DNA from: Candidatus Latescibacterota bacterium
GTDB taxonomy: Bacteria > Latescibacterota > UBA2968
Direction: 5' to 3'
Assembly: GCA_965198115.1 (NCBI GenBank)
Contig: OZ240241.1
Coordinates: 6,592,001 to 6,656,000 of the forward strand
Length of the DNA: 64,000 nucleotides
Positions 51,967 through 61,992 of the stretch are shown one piece after another. How positions within the stretch are numbered: position 1 is the stretch's first letter; each line of letters starts with the position of its first letter. The notes beneath the pieces were generated by a model that saw only the letters and a program-made list of their open reading frames with translations, made no database searches and was not told the DNA's origin. The translations under genes and the position numbers were made by a program.

Positions 51967-52791
51967 CTACAGCGAGGGTAACCGCTTTTGCGGGAGCTCG
52001 TAGTGTTTGGTTTCGCCCGTGACGGGGCAGGTGAAGGAGAGGGAGGATGCGGTGAGCTGGAGGTTTCGGCTGTTGTCGGAGCCGTATTGACGGTCACCCA
52101 CGACGGGGTAGCCTAGTTCGGCGAGGTGACGTCGAATCTGGTGTTTGCGTCCGGTCTCGATTCGGACATCGAGAAGGGTGAGTGAATTCTGCGCGTCGAA
52201 GACGGTGACGAGGCTGCGTGCCTCGCGTCCGTCAATGGGCGAATCGATCTCGATCGGGTTCGAGCTGGCCATATGACCGGTGACAACGGCACGATAGTGT
52301 TTCTCGATTCTGCGTCCTCGGAAGAGCTCGGACAGTTGGGCGGCTGTTTTCTTGCGATGCGCGACGAGCATCAGACCCGTGGCCGCCATGTCGAGACGAT
52401 GGACGGTGAAGGCCGGGCGCTGTGGTTTCAGGTGACGTTTAGCCCATCGATACAGCGTGCAGTGATCACCCCACTTAGAGCCCTGCGAACGAACACCGAA
52501 CGGCTTGTACCAGACACTGTAGGCGTCTTCATCAGCGATGAGTTCGGGGGGCTCGATGGTGGCATCGAGGACCTGGTCGCTGTAGTAAATGTGGACGGTA
52601 TCGCCGGCCTTCAATGACTTTGTGGCACGACGGAGACGCTGGACGATATCCCCCCGCGTCAGCCACACGGCCCCGCATTGCATCGCGTGTTTGACCCGGT
52701 GACGGGCAAGTCCGGTTGTCCGAGCGAGGTGTTCGACGGGTGAGACGTCGTCGATGGTGATCCGATCGTGGCGCTCGAAGGGTTGATTCAT
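51967..52791 (-). CDS. RluA-family pseudouridine synthase
   Basis: VHRLDMAATG, ETGRKHQIRRH, PVVGD. Confidence 0.93.
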   Translation of the reverse strand: MNQPFERHDRITIDDVSPVEHLARTTGLARHRVKHAMQCGAVWLTRGDIVQRLRRATKSLKAGDTVHIYYSDQVLDATIEPPELIADEDAYSVWYKPFGVRSQGSKWGDHCTLYRWAKRHLKPQRPAFTVHRLDMAATGLMLVAHRKKTAAQLSELFRGRRIEKHYRAVVTGHMASSNPIEIDSPIDGREARSLVTVFDAQNSLTLLDVRIETGRKHQIRRHLAELGYPVVGDRQYGSDNSRNLQLTASSLSFTCPVTGETKHYELPQKRLPSL

Positions 52792-52809
52792 TGGCTGCCG
52801 GTCGTGTCG

Positions 52810-53707
52810 CTATCCGGTGGGCTCGTACCAGTCCAATTGTACTAGGGTGTAGCCTGACTTTCGACCCGTTCGTTGAAGGATGTTGGTGTTGGAGGCGTCA
52901 GCGTAGCCGTCGCCTCTTCTCGTGGCGGGGTCGTTCATGATGATCTGGTTTTCGCGCGTGAGACCCACACCAAGGACGAAGTGATTGTAGGTGAGGTTAG
53001 CATCGCTGCCGTAGTCCACGCGGATCATCGTGGGGAGGTTGTGCTGGATTCTGTCCCTGACGAGAGAAAGGAGTTCGTCGGAAGATCCCGTTTGCCGGTC
53101 GTATCCGAGGGGAGGACCTGTGCCTGGGTCGTAGTCGAGAGCTATGCCCCATTTAACGCTGTCGCCGACGTAGCCATCGTGTCGATCGAGATAGGCGTCA
53201 AGAAGGGCGGGCGTGATGGTACGACCGTAGAAACGCAGGGTCATCGCGATGCAGGTGATGGCGCATCCTTGCCGAGCGATGGATGAGGACCGACCCAGGA
53301 TCCGGTCCGCCCAGTGCGGATCGCCCTGACTGAAGTGAGGTACGCGCGGGGTGATGAAGTGGTTGTCCCCGATGGGATATCGGCCTCTGCCTCGGGCGGA
53401 TTCGTGCGTGTGTAGCCCTTGGTGAGCCACTTGAGCAGGGTGCCCTTCGTCACCGGGCAATGATGCCGTCATATGGTTTGGACAGACCCGCCGCCGCCTG
53501 AAAAGACTCCACGGCGTCCTTCGTCGCCCGGCCGAATACACCGTCAGGGTTGCCGGCTTCATCAAAACCCAGAGTCCTCAGATCCTCCTGAAGCTCGGTG
53601 ACGAATCCGTCGGGGACATTTTGCGTCAGACGAACGTAACGTGCATCGCCATCGTCGTCGATGCTTCCGCGGGTCAGGTCAATGGGGCTTCTGAGATAGT
53701 CGCGCAT
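52810..53707 (-). CDS. Peptidoglycan-binding domain plus C39-like cysteine peptidase; two frameshifts near 53457 and 53368
   Basis: LQEDLRTLGF..PDGVFGRATKDAVESFQ; FSQGDPHW..QGCAITC..HFVL..MNDP. Confidence 0.78.
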
Positions 53708-53809
53708 AGGTGTCCAGTCCGTTGCGTGATTGGTTCGTGAGTTACCGCTCTTCGGAATCGGTTTTCGCGATCCGGAAAGATCGCTGACAGCGATTGTGAA
53801 GTCTCGTTC

Positions 53810-54739
53810 TCAATCCTCCAGCAGTTCGGCGATGCCCAGTCCTTTTTCTCCAGCGACGGAATAGACCAGGAAGCGTCGATCGTTCTCGACATAGATGTAG
53901 GGATCGCGAACCTGGTGGACAGGTTCGTGCGATGCTCCACCGCTGGAGGGAACGAGAGGTTCTACCAGGCCCTCGTAGCCTGTTTCGGTGTGCAGGATTT
54001 CGACGGGGGCTGAACCAAGCCATTCGGTCCAATCGGATCTAAGGTCCACGGTGGTCCGCTTGATTCGTTCCGGTTCGTCTCGGACGTTGCTGTAGTAAAT
54101 GTCGAGTTCGTCGCCGCGGAGATGAAAGGCGGGATGGCGCATCCTGTAGACGACCTCCGAGTCCTTGGTTGTAAAGGCTTCACCCTCGATGTGGAGTTCG
54201 GGTCCACGCTCGAAGAGCACGCGATCATTGGTCGTTCGCCAGAGATCGCGCTCGCCACCGCCGCCGAACCCGTAAGTATACCCGCCATATTGAACGAGGC
54301 GCATATAGGATGGCCCGAGGCAAACGTGATCGGTTTCGAAGTTCAGTCCGTCCTTCGATTCGGCGTAGCACGTGCTTTGCCCGAGGTAGTCGGGCTTCTC
54401 GCCCGTGAAACCGGCGCCGTGGTACCACATCCGAACAATGCGTTTGTCGTGGTCTAGATGGATATCCGGCGACGCGATGTGTTTCGGAAACAGCGTGTCA
54501 CCTATGTCGAGAATACCCGCTGAGTAGACTGTGTATGGACCCAAGAGGTCGTCGGCGTAGGCGAGCCGGATAAACTGGCCCTGATGGTGTGCGAAGTAGA
54601 GGTAATAACGGCCGAGCGGGTTCTCGATCCAATCCGGGACCAAGATCAGGGACGGGCCGTTGATGTTGCCACCGATCCGATCGTCCGATCCGGGATGGAC
54701 AATGGGGTTGTGAGGGCTTCGTTTGACGGTGATGGGCAC
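53810..54739 (-). CDS. Five-bladed beta-propeller glycoside-hydrolase-like protein
   Basis: NINGPSLI, YYLYFAHH, ASPD, RDPY. Confidence 0.7.
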   Translation of the reverse strand: MPITVKRSPHNPIVHPGSDDRIGGNINGPSLILVPDWIENPLGRYYLYFAHHQGQFIRLAYADDLLGPYTVYSAGILDIGDTLFPKHIASPDIHLDHDKRIVRMWYHGAGFTGEKPDYLGQSTCYAESKDGLNFETDHVCLGPSYMRLVQYGGYTYGFGGGGERDLWRTTNDRVLFERGPELHIEGEAFTTKDSEVVYRMRHPAFHLRGDELDIYYSNVRDEPERIKRTTVDLRSDWTEWLGSAPVEILHTETGYEGLVEPLVPSSGGASHEPVHQVRDPYIYVENDRRFLVYSVAGEKGLGIAELLED

Positions 54740-54769
54740 AGGGTCAGGCCACGTTGTGTGGATGGAAGC

Positions 54770-55855
54770 TCACGCTTCTTCGACCATAGCCGATTCGATG
54801 AATCGGGGGGCCGTGTCGTCGGTCGCATCGGATTTCCGGTTGATGTAATAGACGACGAGTGCGCGGCCGTCGGGTAGCGTTGTGGCGTGTGGATAGCCGA
54901 CGTCTCGTGCGGCGCCGTCGTCACGCACGACGAGCTCTCCGTCGCCGAGGGGATCGCCTTCGGGTGATAGATAACGTGCACGAACGCCCCAGGCGTCGTC
55001 CATCCGGTATCCGTAGGCGAGGCAGAGATTACCGGAGCCGAAAGCTGTCACGCACGCGGGATAGCCCTTGAACAGACACTCAGGCTCGGACCAGGATCGC
55101 CCTCGGTCGTGCGATTTCGCGACGTGTAGACGGGTCCACTGCGCTTCCTCATTGCCCTCGCTCGCCCTCCGCATATACGCGAGGAGCGTTCCCGATGGCG
55201 TCTCGTGGAGATAGGTTTCGTTGTAGCCGTTCGCGATGAGGCTGACGTAGGACCACGTGACGCCGCTGTCGTCTGACAAGAAGAGATAGGAGTCGTCGGG
55301 CTGCGCCGTGTAGGCAGAGACGACAAGGCATCCGTCTGCAAGTTCGAGGATGTTTCCGCGTACCCCAACAGCAATGGCGAGACGTGGATGGAGCGGCGTG
55401 ACGTCGGGTACGCCATCCAGAAAGACGGCATCGCTCCAGGTTAGGCCACCGTCGGTCGAGCGATGAACAAACGTGCCGGCGTGGATTCCCGGCCAGGGTG
55501 ACATTTTGACGCGAGGGGCCTGTGGTATACTCGACGCGATCTCAGCGCTGACGAGTTCACTCTTGTGGGTATGGTAGACGAGTGTGCCATCCCGTAGGCG
55601 TGTCAGACACGGACACTGATGACCGGCGAAAATGACACGTGGCTGCGACCAGCTGGCGCCACCGTCTTTGGAGTGCGTGAGACAGGTCTCGGTCGATGGA
55701 TGCCAGTGTCCGAACAGACCTTCCTCGAGCCACGATCGTACGCGTCGAAAGACCACGGTGAGTTCGCCACCGTCGCACACGATGGAAGGCCCGGGACCAC
55801 AGTAAAAGGCGGGGTCTTTGTAAATGGTTTGGTATTGAACGACGCGCATAATCAA
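54770..55855 (-). CDS. Sialidase/BNR-repeat protein
   Basis: Asp boxes SKDGGASW, STDGGLTW, SDDSGVTW, SHDRGRSW. Confidence 0.85.
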   Translation of the reverse strand: MIMRVVQYQTIYKDPAFYCGPGPSIVCDGGELTVVFRRVRSWLEEGLFGHWHPSTETCLTHSKDGGASWSQPRVIFAGHQCPCLTRLRDGTLVYHTHKSELVSAEIASSIPQAPRVKMSPWPGIHAGTFVHRSTDGGLTWSDAVFLDGVPDVTPLHPRLAIAVGVRGNILELADGCLVVSAYTAQPDDSYLFLSDDSGVTWSYVSLIANGYNETYLHETPSGTLLAYMRRASEGNEEAQWTRLHVAKSHDRGRSWSEPECLFKGYPACVTAFGSGNLCLAYGYRMDDAWGVRARYLSPEGDPLGDGELVVRDDGAARDVGYPHATTLPDGRALVVYYINRKSDATDDTAPRFIESAMVEEA

Positions 55856-55971
55856 CTAAATTGGGGACCGGCATCCGCCCCAAGATCACGCTACATCGGA
55901 CGTTGCGCAATCGCGGATCGAGCGGTTCCGCGAGATCGGTTCGGCCGGGTCGAATCAGACGGGAGAAGTAA

Positions 55972-56976
55972 ATGGCAGATATGAATCGGAGAATTACGCT
56001 GGCGGCTCGTCCGAAGGGATTCCCCAAGGAGAGCGACTTCAAACTCGAGGAAGTGCCCGTCCCGAAACCTGGGCGCGATGAATTTCTGGTCAAGAGCTTG
56101 TTTCTCTCCGTGGATCCCTATATGCGAGGACGGATGAATGCCGGTGCCACGTACGCTAAGGGTGTGGATCTGGGCGAACCGATGGTGGGAGGCGGAGTTG
56201 GCCAAGTGATCGAGTCGAACCATTCGGATTTCTCGATTGGCGACATCGTGAACGAAAGTTTTGGTTGGCAGACCCACGCAGTGTCGAATGGCACGGCGGC
56301 GCGGAAGGTCGATCCAGAACTGGCGCCCATCTCGACGGCACTCGGGGTCCTTGGAATGCCGGGGTTGACCGCTTATTTCGGTCTGCTCGACGTTTCTCCC
56401 CCCGTTGCGGGTGAGACCGTGGTCGTTTCGGCTGCTTCGGGCGCCGTGGGGTCGGTGGTCGGTCAAATCGCGAAGATCAAGGGCTGCCGGGTGATCGGGA
56501 TCGCGGGAACCGATGAGAAGATCGGCTACATCGTCGATGGGCTTGGATTCGACGGCGGATTCAACTACAAGAAGACGGACGACTACGGTGACGCCATCGA
56601 ACGGCTCTGTCCCGACGGGATCGACGTCTATTTCGACAACGTAGGTGGCCCGATTACCGATGCGATTTTTCCGCGGCTGAATCAGAACGCGCGCATCACG
56701 ATTTGCGGTCAGATCGATCAGTACAATGCGACGGAACCGCCCGTGGGCCCACGTCTGCTGTGGCATTGTATCGTTAAGCGACTGCAGATTCGTGGGATGC
56801 TCGTGTTCGATTTCGTGGATCAGCATCCCGAAGCGCTCGCACAGCTGGGCCAATGGGTGCGGTCGGGACAGATCAGGTATCGCGAGGATGTGGTGGAAGG
56901 AATCGAGAATATGCCGGAGGCGTTTATGGGGCTCTTACGCGGCGATCACATCGGAAAACGGATTGTGAAAATCTGA
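55972..56976 (+). CDS. NADP-dependent oxidoreductase (PGR/CurA-like MDR)
   Basis: LSVDPYMRGRM, GMPGLTAYFG, SAASGAVG, YFDNVGG. Confidence 0.93.
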   Translation: MADMNRRITLAARPKGFPKESDFKLEEVPVPKPGRDEFLVKSLFLSVDPYMRGRMNAGATYAKGVDLGEPMVGGGVGQVIESNHSDFSIGDIVNESFGWQTHAVSNGTAARKVDPELAPISTALGVLGMPGLTAYFGLLDVSPPVAGETVVVSAASGAVGSVVGQIAKIKGCRVIGIAGTDEKIGYIVDGLGFDGGFNYKKTDDYGDAIERLCPDGIDVYFDNVGGPITDAIFPRLNQNARITICGQIDQYNATEPPVGPRLLWHCIVKRLQIRGMLVFDFVDQHPEALAQLGQWVRSGQIRYREDVVEGIENMPEAFMGLLRGDHIGKRIVKI

Positions 56977-57199
56977 GTGGGCGAGCAGGCGACACAGCGA
57001 GAAGGCGTGGCCATCCGGTTGGCAGTGGACGGTTACGATAGAAGAACGACAGGCGCCCATTGTGTAGGACCGACCATCCGGGTCGGGAATGACCTGTCGG
57101 GCGTAGCTTGGGCGTCAGGAGGTTGGGGCGCCGCCCACTGAGGCGAGCAGGCGTGGTCATCGTTTAGACAGTGGGCGGTTGACGAGAACGGGGAACTCG

Positions 57200-57559
57200 A
57201 TGATCGAAACGGTTGATGAGTGGATTGCGGCAAGCCGACAGAAGGTGAAGGGTGGCGGGCTCGTCGCGGAGGATCTGGATCGGCTGGCCTCGCTGCTCGA
57301 GTCTCCGCGCCAGCAAGTGCTGTATCTCTACTCGAAGTCGACGAATATGCGATCGCCTCTTGCGAGTTGGGCTCTCTACGATCCGACGGAACCCCACGAG
57401 CCGACGCTCCCCGAGGATGAGTCGCCCTATGGTTCCGTCCTCGACGCCGTTGCCGATGGGTGGCGGATCGTTCAGTTCCCTGTTACGAAACTCTATTCGT
57501 ATGACAACGTGGACAACGACTACCTGGGCTACGAGTTCATTCTCGAGAAGCTCGTGTAG
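57200..57559 (+). CDS. Small hypothetical protein
   Basis: Globular-looking 119-aa ORF, 8 bp upstream of the next gene. Confidence 0.65.
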   Translation: MIETVDEWIAASRQKVKGGGLVAEDLDRLASLLESPRQQVLYLYSKSTNMRSPLASWALYDPTEPHEPTLPEDESPYGSVLDAVADGWRIVQFPVTKLYSYDNVDNDYLGYEFILEKLV

Positions 57560-57567
57560 GAGACGAC

Positions 57568-58389
57568 TTGGCGGATATTCGACCGACGATGACCGATGAC
57601 GAGGTGATGGATTTCGTGGCGCTCGGGTATGTTCTGCTCGAGGGTGCCATCGATGATGATTTCAACCAGAAGTGCCTTGACCTTCCGGGGGGAAACGCGG
57701 ATCCATTCATCGTCTCTGAGGCCTTTACGCAAAACGTCCTTTTGCATCCAAGCGTTGCTGGTGTGGTCAGATCGCTTCTGGGGAAGGATTTCCTCGTACC
57801 GGGAGGCGGCCACCATCACGTATTCGAGGAACCGTTTGTGGGCCAGACGTGGCACTCGGACGGGCTGTCGGGAACGGGATACGACGTGACCGAACTCCAG
57901 TGCTATTACTATCCGAAGGCTGTCGCCATCGAGGACGGTCCTACGATGATTCTGCCTGGTTCGCACTGTCGCGCCGTGGATCGGGAAGCGATTGCGCACT
58001 ATGGCGACGTTCTCGGTCAGGTCAGTCTGACCGTCCCAGCGGGGACGATTGGCCTGACTCGGTATGGTATCTGGCACAAAGCGGGGCCAAAGACCACAGA
58101 CACGCGGCGAGGGATGATCAAATTCAGTTATCATCGGACGACATCGCCCGAACGGGATTGGGTGACAGACACAGAAGGCATTCCGGAATACGTCGATCGC
58201 CCGCGATTGCCGTATGTGACGGAGGTCGAATCATATCGTGATCGGGTTCGCAGGATTCGGACGTGGCGGTGGCTGTGTGGGCTGGAGCCCGAGTGCTCGA
58301 CTCGGCGGATGAGGCCCAGGACCTTGGCCGAAGCGACCAGTGACCCGCCTTCGCTGGAGGCTACGGCGGGCAGGCCAAATGACCGGTGA
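57568..58389 (+). CDS. PhyH-family dioxygenase
   Basis: WHSDG, ILPGSH, IWHKA. Confidence 0.82.
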   Translation: MADIRPTMTDDEVMDFVALGYVLLEGAIDDDFNQKCLDLPGGNADPFIVSEAFTQNVLLHPSVAGVVRSLLGKDFLVPGGGHHHVFEEPFVGQTWHSDGLSGTGYDVTELQCYYYPKAVAIEDGPTMILPGSHCRAVDREAIAHYGDVLGQVSLTVPAGTIGLTRYGIWHKAGPKTTDTRRGMIKFSYHRTTSPERDWVTDTEGIPEYVDRPRLPYVTEVESYRDRVRRIRTWRWLCGLEPECSTRRMRPRTLAEATSDPPSLEATAGRPNDR

Positions 58390-59171
58390 CCAACGTGGGC
58401 AATGACGTGACGATCACGGACACGCAGACGGATCACTTCCACCGACACGGGTTTATGCTGATGCCGAATCCGTTCGGTGAGGATACGATGCTGGAGGTCG
58501 ATCGGGTCCAGCGGTCGAACGCCGCGAAATGGGAGGCGACGGATTGGCCGAAGGGGATGAATATCGGGGCGTGCCAGTTCCTGATGGCGGGGGAGACGGT
58601 GCTTTCGCTCGTCGAGCAGCCGGCCATCGTCTATCTCGCGGGGAGCCTGCTCGGGACGGATGAGATTCACGTTGGGGCGTGCGGGATGGGGGACGCGTCG
58701 AAGACGGTTGCGTCGGATGGACGTCCGCTGCATCAGGTTCACTGGCACGCCGACGGAGGCCCCGATGTTCAACAGGTCTCGTTCCGGACGGCGCTCGATC
58801 GACACGACACGTCGAACGGCCCACTTCGCGTGCTTCCGGGCACACACGTGCGGGAACGAGACGAGGTCATCGAGGAGTTGCGACAGCTCGAGATCGCGAC
58901 AGGTCAGCACGATGAGCCGCCCGAGTTGTGCTTCGCCCGCCATCCCAGCGAGGTCGAGGTCGTGTTGGATCCGAGGTGGACGCTCGTCTGGACGCCCAGC
59001 TGCTGGCACGCGACGGGCGTCAAGACGGGTGCAGGACCACGACGCGCGATGGCGTGGAACTACTTTCCTGCTGGCGGTCGAAAGCGGGACCAGGAAGCGC
59101 TCAAGTATATCTACGCCGATGTTTGGGAAGGATGGTCGGAGGAGCGGAAGGCGTTGTGGGGGCTGGAGTGA
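58386..59171 (+). CDS. PhyH-family dioxygenase
   Basis: WHADG, NGPLRVLPGTH, CWHAT. Confidence 0.85.
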   Translation: MTNVGNDVTITDTQTDHFHRHGFMLMPNPFGEDTMLEVDRVQRSNAAKWEATDWPKGMNIGACQFLMAGETVLSLVEQPAIVYLAGSLLGTDEIHVGACGMGDASKTVASDGRPLHQVHWHADGGPDVQQVSFRTALDRHDTSNGPLRVLPGTHVRERDEVIEELRQLEIATGQHDEPPELCFARHPSEVEVVLDPRWTLVWTPSCWHATGVKTGAGPRRAMAWNYFPAGGRKRDQEALKYIYADVWEGWSEERKALWGLE

Positions 59172-59222
59172 TGGGAACGATTGACCATTGACCCGTGACC
59201 ATTGACCGCTGACCAAAGTTGC

Positions 59223-59254
59223 GACGGCCGTGCGTGACGTACGGCCGTTTTCTT
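59223..59254 (+). terminator. Intrinsic terminator between convergent genes
   Basis: acggccgtgcg-tga-cgtacggccgt followed by tttctt. Confidence 0.7.
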
Positions 59255-59278
59255 GTTCATCGTGTCACTGACCTTCGA

Positions 59279-60121
59279 CTACGGTACTCCCCACGCGATC
59301 TTGCCCAGCTTCCTCTCGCGCTCAGCGTGATAGCGTTCGTGAATGTCGAATTCGCGGTCGAGCCAGAGCACGTCACGCTGTTCTTCCGTTAGGGCGTCGA
59401 TGAGTTCGGGGGTCAGGTAATCGCGAAACGTGAATCGGTGGTTGTCCTCGCCGGGATGGCGGAACAACCAGTGATGCATATACCGCCCTTCGTCGCTGTC
59501 GTTGAGATGCGTGGCGTGGAGGAATCGACTGCTCCGCAGGATGAGTTGGTCGGGAGACACCTCAAGCGGGATTTCCTCAGGGAGCGAGACGTCGGTAGGA
59601 CCCTCTCTGTCGAATTTCCCGGAGTGCCCACGTTCTTTCCTTATGGACTCGATTCGGTCCATCCACGGCTGAATCGAACCCTCTTGCGTTCCCGGCACGA
59701 CCCTCAGACATCCGTTATGGACGGTCGCGCCTCCGAAGTAGTGCATAAACTCGATATAGTCCCACTCGCTGTCGCGGTGCCAACCAAAGGACCTGCCGGG
59801 CGCCAGCTCGTTGATGCCTCCATTCCGGAAATAGATGTCGTGCGCATCTTCGAGCTGACGGGCGAGTTCGACGATTTCTGGATGGAGCTCGATCTGCAGG
59901 AAGGGAAGCGAGTGGTCGAGTGCGCACCAATATGAGCCCGGGATCTGTGGAGCCAGGCGGTAGTGATTGCCTTTGGCATCGATTTCTTTTCCCACAGGAT
60001 CCGATAACGTTCGCTCGACGGCGTCGATGCAGGCGACGGTCAGCGATTGGGGGAAGGGGCAGTCGATGACGATGTAGCCATCAGTGCGAAGGGCGCGGAG
60101 TTGGTTTTCGGGTAGCCTCAT
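59279..60121 (-). CDS. PhyH-family dioxygenase
   Basis: WHRDS, NGCLRVVPGT, FLHAT. Confidence 0.85.
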   Translation of the reverse strand: MRLPENQLRALRTDGYIVIDCPFPQSLTVACIDAVERTLSDPVGKEIDAKGNHYRLAPQIPGSYWCALDHSLPFLQIELHPEIVELARQLEDAHDIYFRNGGINELAPGRSFGWHRDSEWDYIEFMHYFGGATVHNGCLRVVPGTQEGSIQPWMDRIESIRKERGHSGKFDREGPTDVSLPEEIPLEVSPDQLILRSSRFLHATHLNDSDEGRYMHHWLFRHPGEDNHRFTFRDYLTPELIDALTEEQRDVLWLDREFDIHERYHAERERKLGKIAWGVP

Positions 60122-60273
60122 TGAAAGAACCGGGGACCACAGAATACACAGAAGAAAAACAAAACCGAACCACGAAAAACACGAAATACACGAACGGGAT
60201 ACCCCTGAATCGGCCCTATTCGGGGATAGGCATCTTGCCAGACAACTGTCTTCCGGCCTCTGTCTTCTGGTTT

Positions 60274-61044
60274 CTAAACGATCATCTGATGGGCGCGGGT
60301 GAAACAACGGCGTCGAATGACGTGGACGACGAGCATCGAGCCGATGGCGGTCGAAGCGACGAGCATCAGCATCACGACGATCTGGTATTTGATGGCAACG
60401 ACGGGATCGGATCCGGCGAGGATCTGGCCGGTCATCATTCCGGGGATGGAGACTAATCCGACGGTCATCAGCGCGTTGATGGATGGGATCATCCCTGCCT
60501 TGATGGTGTCACGCAGGATGCTGGTCGTCGCTTCCTGATACGTGGCGCCGAGGGACAGGCTGAGTTCGATCCGATCGCGCTGGCTACGCAGCTCAGTAAA
60601 GAACCGGTCGAGGGCGATGGTGATCGCGTTCATCGAGTTTCCGATGATCATTCCACCGAGGGGGATGAAGTACTGAGGTTCGTACCAGGGTTTGACCTGA
60701 ACGATCGTGGACGTGACCAGGATGGAGACGAGTGTAAAACTGGAGACCATCGAGATGTAGGTGGGGATGAAAATCGGGATGACGTCTTCCTTCACACGGC
60801 CGCGTATGGCGTGGGCGGCCCAGAAGACCATAAAAGCGAAAAGGAGCAGTACGAGCCAGGCCTGGCTGATGTCGAAGATGAATTTGAGGACATAACCGAG
60901 GATGGCGAGCTGGGCGAACGTCCGAAAGGTGCCCCAGGCGAGATCGCGTTCCAAGCCGAGTTTGAAAACGACGGAGCCCGTCCCGGCCACGAGGATGAAC
61001 ACCAGGCAGAGCGCGAGCTGTAGGGGGCCTATGTCGAGGACCAT
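60274..61044 (-). CDS. fetB: Iron-export ABC permease (UPF0014/YbbM family)
   Basis: IPLGGMIIGNSM, GLVSIPGMMTGQILAG, YQIVV. Confidence 0.9.
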   Translation of the reverse strand: MVLDIGPLQLALCLVFILVAGTGSVVFKLGLERDLAWGTFRTFAQLAILGYVLKFIFDISQAWLVLLLFAFMVFWAAHAIRGRVKEDVIPIFIPTYISMVSSFTLVSILVTSTIVQVKPWYEPQYFIPLGGMIIGNSMNAITIALDRFFTELRSQRDRIELSLSLGATYQEATTSILRDTIKAGMIPSINALMTVGLVSIPGMMTGQILAGSDPVVAIKYQIVVMLMLVASTAIGSMLVVHVIRRRCFTRAHQMIV

Positions 61045-61341
61045 AGAATCAGGAAACCATTATGAAATTATGAAAATAGGGAATTACGGAATTGATCGCT
61101 TTATCGAACGGAAGACTCGCAGGGTCACTTCGAGCGGAGTCGAGAAGTCCCTTCTCGGAAAAATGGTGACGCGCGAATTCTTGACGTGAGCTTGTCCTTG
61201 CGGAGTCGAAGGTTCTGGATAGACACCATCGAGAGGTCCCATTTCGTCAGTAGACGATGGGCGGGTTCTCGACTCCGATCGAACTGACGCTACCATCGCC
61301 GATCTCGAATTGAAAGATTCAGTTTCGCTACTCTAACAACT

Positions 61342-61992
61342 TCAATCCTCCATAAGCTGGCCGCCGTCGAGTGTGAATCTTCGGACGGTGGCCGATTCGG
61401 GCGCGTAGTCGAGATGTGTGATGCAGACGATGGTCATTCCATCTCTGTTGAGGGATTCGAGTTTTTGTTCGACGACCTTCCGCGAGTCGGGATCCAACGC
61501 GGACGTGGGTTCGTCGCAGAGTAGGACACTGGGTTCGGACAGGAGGAGACGGATGAAGGCGAGTCGCTGTTTTTGCCCGACCGAGAGGTTCGCCGCGTCA
61601 TCCCCGAGGGCGACGTCGCTCAGCAGGAAATCCCCGATCATCCCTTCTAGGACTTCGTCCCCGGGGACGTTGTTTCCGGCCGCACGGAACCCGAATCCGA
61701 AGAGCAGGTTGTCGCGGACGGATGCGTCGAGCGTGACGGGTGTCTGTTGAAGGTAACCGACTTGTCTCCTGAGTCCGGTTACGGAGTGGGAGGCGATCGG
61801 GCGATGGTCGACGTGTATTTCACCAGACGTGGGCTCGCTCAATCGATTGAGCAGACGGAGGAAAGAGGTTTTGCCCGATCCGGAGGGGCCACGAACCAGA
61901 AGGAAGTCACCACTTCGCACGGACAGATTGACGCCGTCGAGAAGCTGCTTTCCGTCTAACGTGAGAGACAGATCGATGAGGTTGATGTTCAT
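61342..61992 (-). CDS. fetA: ABC ATP-binding protein (YbbL/FetA-like)
   Basis: GPSGSGKT, LSVGQKQR, DEPTSALD; adjacent to fetB. Confidence 0.82.
   Translation of the reverse strand: MNINLIDLSLTLDGKQLLDGVNLSVRSGDFLLVRGPSGSGKTSFLRLLNRLSEPTSGEIHVDHRPIASHSVTGLRRQVGYLQQTPVTLDASVRDNLLFGFGFRAAGNNVPGDEVLEGMIGDFLLSDVALGDDAANLSVGQKQRLAFIRLLLSEPSVLLCDEPTSALDPDSRKVVEQKLESLNRDGMTIVCITHLDYAPESATVRRFTLDGGQLMED

Noticed and set aside
61084-61296. 70-aa ORF between fetA and fetB
   Set aside because: No recognisable motif or clear RBS; cannot be supported as a gene.
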